A stretch of 12,021 bases of DNA, from positions 1-12,021 of the forward strand of contig JBHLOY010000033.1 in the NCBI GenBank assembly GCA_048939995.1, in the 5' to 3' direction. Under the pieces are notes generated by a model that was not told the DNA's origin, ran no database searches, and worked only from the letters and a program-made list of their open reading frames with translations. Shown one piece after another: positions 1 through 5,622 of the stretch. Numbering within the stretch: the first letter of the stretch is position 1; every line of letters begins with the position of its first letter. The position numbers and the translations under genes were made by a program. Source of the DNA: Promethearchaeota archaeon (GTDB lineage Archaea > Asgardarchaeota > Lokiarchaeia > Sigyniarchaeales > SOKP01).

Positions 1-41
1 TCCTTACACTCAAAAGTTAAATTCACAGCTTTTTTACTCAT
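1..41 (-). CDS. Partial CDS (N-terminus only, runs off the left edge), MSKKAVNLTFECK...; possibly a Cys-cluster or Zn-ribbon protein
   Basis: ATG at 41-39 on the minus strand, open to position 1. It lies 25 nt from the TTATAA box at 66-71. F-x-C near the N-terminus resembles the start of CxxC proteins, but only 13 codons are visible. Confidence 0.45.
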   Translation of the reverse strand, partial: MSKKAVNLTFECK

Positions 42-59
42 GTTAATCAAAAAAAGTTT

Positions 60-75
60 GAAAACTTATAAAAAC
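60..75. promoter_or_regulatory. Archaeal-type TATA box (GAAAAC-TTATAA-AAAC), probably serving both divergent genes
   Basis: Palindromic TTATAA at 66-71 with purine-rich BRE-like GAAAA just upstream on the + strand. The ATG at 96 (+) and the ATG at 41 (-) are each 25 nt from the box. Confidence 0.6.
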
Positions 76-95
76 TGAGTTTCCTTTTAAATGAT

Positions 96-869
96 ATGGG
101 AATTAGAATTGAGAAAAAGAGTGTAGACAAGGGAAAAATATATATAATTATTATAGACAATCCTCATGTGAGAAATGCAGTTGACGGCCCTACAGCATTA
201 GAGCTTGCTAATGCATTTAGAAATTTTGAACAAGATAATGATGCTCTTGTTGCGGTTTTATGGGGCGCAAATGGCAATTTTTGTTCAGGTGCGAATCTGA
301 AAGCTATTTCAGAAGGACGGGGTAATAGGATCGAAGAAAGTGGAGATGCTCCAATGGGTCCTTCTAGAATGTTACTTAATAAACCAGTCATTGCTGCCGT
401 AGCAGGATATGCTGTTGCTGGAGGTTTGGAACTTGCTCTATGGTGTGATTTACGCGTGGTTGAAAAGAGTGCAATATTTGGAGTATTTTCTCGTAGATTT
501 GGTGTGCCATTAATTGATGGAGGTACAATCCGCCTTCCAAGGCTAATCGGTTTAAGCAGAGCTTTGGATATGATTTTAACTGGTAGACCTATAACTGCTC
601 AAGAAGCTTATGAATGGGGATTAGCGAATCGTATTGTTGAAGATGGGAAATCTCGTTCTGAAGCTGAGAGAATTGCTAAAGATACTGCAGATTTTCCTCA
701 AATCTGCTTGAAGAATGATCGTATATCTGCTTATGAGCAATTTGGTATGAACATAAAATCTGCAATACAAAATGAGTTTACACACGGCTTAAAAACATTA
801 GAGAGTGGAGAATATCTAAGAGGTAGTAATGAATTTGTCCAAGGAAAGGGAAAGCATGGTAAATTTTAG
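96..869 (+). CDS. Enoyl-CoA hydratase/crotonase family protein, mycobacterial EchA5-like subgroup
   Basis: RNAVDGPTA, FCSGANL (oxyanion loop), KPVIAAVAGYAVAGGLELALWCDLR, FGVFSRRFGVPLIDGGTIRLPRLIG and C-terminal GKGKHG all match the crotonase pattern seen in EchA5-type proteins. Confidence 0.95.
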   Translation: MGIRIEKKSVDKGKIYIIIIDNPHVRNAVDGPTALELANAFRNFEQDNDALVAVLWGANGNFCSGANLKAISEGRGNRIEESGDAPMGPSRMLLNKPVIAAVAGYAVAGGLELALWCDLRVVEKSAIFGVFSRRFGVPLIDGGTIRLPRLIGLSRALDMILTGRPITAQEAYEWGLANRIVEDGKSRSEAERIAKDTADFPQICLKNDRISAYEQFGMNIKSAIQNEFTHGLKTLESGEYLRGSNEFVQGKGKHGKF

Positions 870-1762
870 TTTAACTCTAATATTCTATTAATTATGTAAG
901 TTATCCATAGTCCTTGCTTTTTAGGGATATCAAAAGCTATCCATGCAGATTTCATAAAGGATGTGTCTGCTTGCCAGAATCCATCATTTCTTTTTTTCCT
1001 TTTTAAGATATTAATCGCATCACGACAACGTTCGTCTAATAATAAGTTATTTTCTTTAAGTAGTGTTAAGAGTTCTATAATATTTGATTTATAAGTATAG
1101 GGATAAAAATTTAAAATAATAGAATCCTCAATCGGTTCATCTGAAGATAATTTCTTGAATACTCTATGTTGTAGGATATACTCTAATCCTTTTCTAAGTT
1201 TTTCCTCAATTTTCTCGGATTCTCCAAATCTTTTCTTATACTCAGTAAGTGTAATCATAGATTTTACAATTCCATAGTAACAAGGAACTTTTTTCATGCA
1301 ACCCCCAAATCTAGTAAATAGATCTGAACCTGACCACGAACATTCTTTACCTCTTTCAACAGATTGATATTTTATTATCCAGTCTATCCCGGCATCAATC
1401 CTTTCTTTATTTTCATATTCCATCCTTATAAGGATTGTAGTTATCATGGCATTATGACATGCGAGTAAATTATCTCTTTTACCTTCCAAAGAAAACCCTT
1501 CTTGAATATATGATCTATCTGCTAAGATTTGAATCCAATTCTGAACTATTTCTAATGTATTCGTTAGAGGAATCTCAGAAAGTTCCAATAATCGCCACAT
1601 GTATGCTCGAAGACCAACAAAAGTGTTAGGAGGCCGTGAAGGAGGTGTTATAAGCTTATTTATAAGTTCAGATTGTTTAAGCATTGTCTGAAGTTCTTTT
1701 ATAGATACATTTTCTCCTCTATCATAAGCTTTTTTCAAGATTAAAGCTGAATCTTTAATCAT
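866..1762 (-). CDS. Uncharacterised protein, probable terpenoid cyclase/prenyltransferase-like alpha/alpha barrel (298 aa)
   Basis: Start reassigned from 1903 to Met48 (ATG at 1762), because the longer ORF overlaps yjbQ and has intergenic-like composition. QW-like segments IDWIIKYQ...GGC and DAINILKRKKRNDGFW, plus FYPYTYKSNIIELL and C-terminal K-Q-G-L-W-I-T. No DxDD motif. Confidence 0.6.
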   Translation of the reverse strand: MIKDSALILKKAYDRGENVSIKELQTMLKQSELINKLITPPSRPPNTFVGLRAYMWRLLELSEIPLTNTLEIVQNWIQILADRSYIQEGFSLEGKRDNLLACHNAMITTILIRMEYENKERIDAGIDWIIKYQSVERGKECSWSGSDLFTRFGGCMKKVPCYYGIVKSMITLTEYKKRFGESEKIEEKLRKGLEYILQHRVFKKLSSDEPIEDSIILNFYPYTYKSNIIELLTLLKENNLLLDERCRDAINILKRKKRNDGFWQADTSFMKSAWIAFDIPKKQGLWITYIINRILELN

Positions 1763-1829
1763 AATAAATAATATTAAAGTGTTAAATATTTGATTAAGAT
1801 TAAAATAATTAATTATCCTATAAAATCTT
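1763..1829. promoter_or_regulatory. 67-bp divergent promoter region
   Basis: Very AT-rich gap between divergent starts at 1762 (-) and 1830 (+). TATA-like boxes at about 1782-1789 (-) and 1800-1807 (+) are each 20-30 nt from their ATG. Confidence 0.45.
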
Positions 1830-2234
1830 ATGATAGCGTTCGAAGAATTTAGAATTAAAACACAAAAAAGGGAAGAGCTTATAAATATAACTAATAAAAT
1901 CAATAAAGTGGTCAGAAATTCTGGTGTTAAAGAAGGAGTGTGTCGAATTTTTATCCCTCATACTACAGCAGGAATTACTATAAATGAGAACGCCGATCCT
2001 GCCGTGATGCGGGATATTATTGCTTTTTTAAGTAAATTAATACCTCAAAACTCAAATTTTTCTCATATGGAGGGGAATTCAGATGCTCATATAAAATCAA
2101 GTTTAACAGGATCTTCTTTAGATATAATCATACATCATGGAAATCTTATTTTAGGTACTTGGCAAGGTTTAATGTTTGCTGAATACGATGGTCCACGTAA
2201 TAGAAGGGTTTGTGTTCAAATTCAAGGAGATTAA
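1830..2234 (+). CDS. yjbQ: YjbQ/UPF0047 family protein (secondary thiamine-phosphate synthase-like)
   Basis: Signature motifs PHTTAGITINENADP, HMEGNSDAHIKSSL and LGTWQGLMFAEYDGPRNR; 134 aa. Confidence 0.95.
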   Translation: MIAFEEFRIKTQKREELINITNKINKVVRNSGVKEGVCRIFIPHTTAGITINENADPAVMRDIIAFLSKLIPQNSNFSHMEGNSDAHIKSSLTGSSLDIIIHHGNLILGTWQGLMFAEYDGPRNRRVCVQIQGD

Positions 2235-2235
2235 A

Positions 2236-2255
2236 TTTTTTAAAACTTATTTTTT
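2236..2255 (+). terminator. U-rich archaeal-type terminator
   Basis: Two T6 runs (2236-2241 and 2250-2255) directly after the yjbQ stop. Confidence 0.45.
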
Positions 2256-2329
2256 AATATTAAAATTTAAATTCATTTTTAACAGAATATGCTTCATAGT
2301 AACCTTAAATTTAATATCAAAAATAATCT

Positions 2330-3217
2330 ATGAGTTTAGTATTATATTGGTTAGGAGTATTAATGGCAATAATATCCGGCATAGCAAATAATTATGGAAC
2401 TGTCCTACAAAAAAAAGTTGTCAATGAAATCAAAGATAATTCGAAATTTTTTAAATCCTTAATAAAAAATCGTTTATGGTTAATAGGATTAGTACTTCAA
2501 CTTGGTATAGGGGCGATATTTTTTTTAATTGCTCAAATGTTCATAGGTCCAACGCTTATTCCGGGTTTGATGGCAGCAGGATTAATAATCCTAGCAATTG
2601 GTTCTGTTAAAATTGTAGGTGAGCAATTAAAAGCATCAGAAATAATAGGAATAGTATTAATGATAACTGCCATCACTTTTATAGGATTTAGCAATATGGA
2701 AATTGATGTTACGTCTCAAAATTTTCTTGAATTTGAATTGTTTTTTCGAATAATGATTTTTACAATAATTATTTACATTTTAGCAGCTATTTTTTACATA
2801 TTACAAATGAAAAATATCTCTAAAGGTATATCATTAGCTGTTTATTCTGGATTTCAATTTGTCTTATCAAATTTTTGGATTAGTCCAGTTATGGGAGTTA
2901 TTGTTCATTTATTCGATGGAACAGCACAATTATTAGAAATCATAATATTTATCATAGCTATTTTTATTTTATCTACAACAAACATATTCGGAATTACCTC
3001 TATCCAAAAAGCATTTCGTGAGGGCCAAGCAAGCAATCTAATCCCTATTCAACAAGTTCCAATTCAAATTTCCCCTCCATTTTATTATATCGCAGTTTTT
3101 TTACTTCCAATACAAGACATCCTATCATTATTTTTCCTAACGATCGGAATAGTATTAGTTATAATAAGTTCATTTTTATTGGGAAAAAGACAAGCTCAAA
3201 TTGAAAAAATTAAATAG
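2330..3217 (+). CDS. DMT-superfamily membrane transporter, NIPA-like (about 9 TM helices)
   Basis: Highly hydrophobic 295 aa. Segments GTVLQKK, LIKNRLWLIG, GPTLIPGL...GEQL...EIIGIVL and QKAFREGQASNLIPI parallel NIPA/DMT motifs. Confidence 0.75.
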   Translation: MSLVLYWLGVLMAIISGIANNYGTVLQKKVVNEIKDNSKFFKSLIKNRLWLIGLVLQLGIGAIFFLIAQMFIGPTLIPGLMAAGLIILAIGSVKIVGEQLKASEIIGIVLMITAITFIGFSNMEIDVTSQNFLEFELFFRIMIFTIIIYILAAIFYILQMKNISKGISLAVYSGFQFVLSNFWISPVMGVIVHLFDGTAQLLEIIIFIIAIFILSTTNIFGITSIQKAFREGQASNLIPIQQVPIQISPPFYYIAVFLLPIQDILSLFFLTIGIVLVIISSFLLGKRQAQIEKIK

Positions 3218-3238
3218 TAAATACCTTAATGTCGCATA

Positions 3239-4030
3239 ATGGCAAAAATTATTTTCTTTCAACCTCATCCTGATGATTTAGAATTCAATTGTGGTCATCT
3301 CATACATTATTTATCTAAAAAAAGTAGGAATCATCATACAATTAAGATTGCTTCGATTACTAAAGGTGAATTTGGCTTACCGGGATTTAAATATGATAAA
3401 TTTAAAGGAAAATTTTTAGCGAAAGTAAGAACAAAGGAATTATTTTCTGCTATGAAGATCCATGATATCTCACCTGAGAACATACACTTTTTGGGTTATG
3501 TTGATGGCTTTATTAAATTTAATAGAGAATTTGTTCAAAAAATTTCAGAGTATTTAAATAAAGAAAGACCGGATTTGATTTTTGCTCCAGAAGCTTTGCA
3601 TACGTGGTATTATCATTTAGATCATGTGAATACTGGAAAAGCAATTTTTTACATAATTTTTAAAAAACTAATCAATTTTAATCCTATTTTGTATTTCTAT
3701 GGTACCTCACAACCAAACTTTTTTTTTGGGTTCAAGAAAGGAGATATTAGTTTAATTGAAAAACTCCTCCGATGTCATAAAACTCAATATTGGTTGATTA
3801 ATAGACTAAAGCTAAGTTATAAACTTTCAACTAGAAGAGCTGGTCTAAGTTTAAATGGTTGGAATTATGCTGAAAAATATAGAAGAATTTTCTTTCTTAA
3901 AAATAATCTTAAAAAAAATAATGTTCCTCTATTCCAAAAAATATTAACTCATTGGTTCTCAAGCATGCCTTGGTTTAAAGCACAATATCCTAAAGAAATA
4001 TTAGAAAAATTAAGAAGGAAAAAACAATAA
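3239..4030 (+). CDS. PIG-L/LmbE family Zn-dependent de-N-acetylase
   Basis: PHPDD, TKGE.G, R..E, LGYVDG, HLDH and HKTQ motifs in canonical order. It starts 21 nt after the DMT gene, so the two are probably co-transcribed. Confidence 0.92.
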   Translation: MAKIIFFQPHPDDLEFNCGHLIHYLSKKSRNHHTIKIASITKGEFGLPGFKYDKFKGKFLAKVRTKELFSAMKIHDISPENIHFLGYVDGFIKFNREFVQKISEYLNKERPDLIFAPEALHTWYYHLDHVNTGKAIFYIIFKKLINFNPILYFYGTSQPNFFFGFKKGDISLIEKLLRCHKTQYWLINRLKLSYKLSTRRAGLSLNGWNYAEKYRRIFFLKNNLKKNNVPLFQKILTHWFSSMPWFKAQYPKEILEKLRRKKQ

Positions 4031-4037
4031 AATAAAC

Positions 4038-4053
4038 AAGATTTTTATATAAC
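4038..4053 (+). promoter_or_regulatory. Putative TATA box for the SCP2-oxidoreductase unit
   Basis: AAGATTTTTATATAAC in the 93-bp gap, with an SD-like GTGTGA just before the ATG at 4124. The T run could instead be the terminator of the PIG-L gene. Confidence 0.35.
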
Positions 4054-4123
4054 TTAATTAAACTAATTTACATCTTAATTTAATTCGACTGAATGAATAA
4101 GAAAAATATTAAAAGTGTGAAAA

Positions 4124-4462
4124 ATGGCAACAAAAGAAGAGATTAAAAATGCCTTAATTAAATGGATTAATATGATGGATGATCCTCAAGTCGCTGAAGA
4201 GTTCGAAGGATATAACAAAACACTTCAATTCACATTTCCTGATATTGAATATAAGACTAAAATGATTTTCAAAGATAAAAGCGCAAGATTGGAAGATGGA
4301 TTTGATGAAAAAGCAGAAATGGGATTAGAAACGAATTCAGATTTGTTTTTAGGAATAGCAACAGGAGAAATTGATCCGATGGAAGCATTCATGGAGGGAG
4401 AAATTATTATAAGGGGAGATATGAATGCTATTCAGAGATTAGAAATATTTATGGACTTATAA
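4124..4462 (+). CDS. Stand-alone SCP2 sterol/lipid-binding domain protein
   Basis: 112 aa. LQFTF...ADxxL-like region and FLGIATGEIDPMEAFMEGEIIIRGDM match the SCP2 C-terminal signature (G..DP..AFM.G...I.GD). Confidence 0.9.
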   Translation: MATKEEIKNALIKWINMMDDPQVAEEFEGYNKTLQFTFPDIEYKTKMIFKDKSARLEDGFDEKAEMGLETNSDLFLGIATGEIDPMEAFMEGEIIIRGDMNAIQRLEIFMDL

Positions 4463-4481
4463 TTTTATAAAAATTGATCTT

Positions 4482-5618
4482 ATGAGTGATTTTGTAAAAT
4501 TTGGAATTGTTGGGGTTGGTTCTGTATGGAGATATCACAAATTAGGGAGTAAAAATAACCCTAAAATTAAATTTACTGCTGCTTATGATGTCAATTCTGA
4601 TAATTTAACAAGAGCTGCCAAATACTCCAAATTTGAAACTTTTACTAATTTGGATAGGTTCTTAAAGAGTGATATTGATGCAGTTCTCGTTTTAGTTCCC
4701 CATTATTTGCATAAAGATATTGTTGTTTCTGCTGCAGAAGCGGGAAAGCATGTTTTATGTGAGAAACCGATGGCACCCACACTTGAAGAATGTGATGATA
4801 TGATAAAGGCATCTAGAAAAGCGGGAGTAAAATTTATGATTGCTGAGAATCATCGTTTTCTCCCGGCTCATCAACTTATTAAAGATATGCTGAGTAAAAA
4901 TTTTATCGGAGATGTTTTTCTGGGTAGGACATATGAAGGTGCTTATTGTTCTCCGAACGAATTCCTAGATTCGAGTTGGTGGCATTTCTGTTATGATAAA
5001 GGTGGCGGTGGAGTAGTAGCTGATCAAGGAGTTCATAAATTTACCATGTTGAATTGGTTTTTGGGAGAAGTACATTCAGCACAATGTTGGTTAAGTAAAA
5101 CCTTAAATTCACCAACCAATAAGGGAGAAGACACAGCAATAGTTTTGTTACGTTATAAATGTGGTGCAATAGTAACAGTAGATATATCCTCAACAACAGT
5201 TCATACACTCACTAATAGAACGGAATTACATGGAACCAAAGGGAGCATATTAGAAGATCATTCATGGCAAGATCCAATTCGTGTTTTTTCTTCACACCCC
5301 GAGGCTGAAGTCAAAGGAGAATTTTATAGCCCCAAGGTAGAACATGGAGCATATCCAGATTACTACAAAATTTCAATGGGTAAAGAGGATGCGTATTTCG
5401 CAGATTGTATCTTAGAGAACAAACAACCTGAGTTTACCCCAGAAGATGCAAAAAAGGGTGTTGCTGTGGTTCTTCTTTCTTATCTTTCAGCCAAAAAAAG
5501 AATGACGGTTACAATGGAAGAACTCATGAAAATTTATAAAAGTGAGGGAACAAAAACAATTTTAGAAGGACTAGAAGATGTAGTTCAAAGAAATTATAAG
5601 AGTATTAGTTGGGAATGA
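4482..5618 (+). CDS. Gfo/Idh/MocA family NAD(P)-dependent oxidoreductase
   Basis: Rossmann GIVGVG, AGKHVLCEKPMA, GGGVVADQGVH (DxxxH), GEDTA and ELHGTKG. It starts 19 nt after the SCP2 gene. Confidence 0.95.
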   Translation: MSDFVKFGIVGVGSVWRYHKLGSKNNPKIKFTAAYDVNSDNLTRAAKYSKFETFTNLDRFLKSDIDAVLVLVPHYLHKDIVVSAAEAGKHVLCEKPMAPTLEECDDMIKASRKAGVKFMIAENHRFLPAHQLIKDMLSKNFIGDVFLGRTYEGAYCSPNEFLDSSWWHFCYDKGGGGVVADQGVHKFTMLNWFLGEVHSAQCWLSKTLNSPTNKGEDTAIVLLRYKCGAIVTVDISSTTVHTLTNRTELHGTKGSILEDHSWQDPIRVFSSHPEAEVKGEFYSPKVEHGAYPDYYKISMGKEDAYFADCILENKQPEFTPEDAKKGVAVVLLSYLSAKKRMTVTMEELMKIYKSEGTKTILEGLEDVVQRNYKSISWE

Positions 5619-5622
5619 TTAT

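Noticed and set aside
164-391. 75-aa minus-strand ORF
   Set aside because: Antisense shadow inside the well-supported crotonase gene; no recognisable motif.
1805-1816. Perfect palindrome ATAATTAATTAT in the divergent promoter
   Set aside because: Entirely A/T in a very AT-rich gap; cannot be distinguished from chance.
1763-1903. 47-aa N-terminal extension of the 866..1903 ORF, which looks like a signal or TM segment
   Set aside because: It overlaps yjbQ head-to-head and crosses the AT-rich divergent promoter. The hydrophobicity is a by-product of AT-rich codons.
2176-2391. 71-aa plus-strand ORF
   Set aside because: Bridges the yjbQ end, a terminator/promoter gap and the DMT start; F/I/K-biased composition.
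3719-3727. Homopolymer runs (T9 here, A9 near 2409-2417) as phase-variation sites
   Set aside because: Reading frames are intact and such runs are expected at this AT content.
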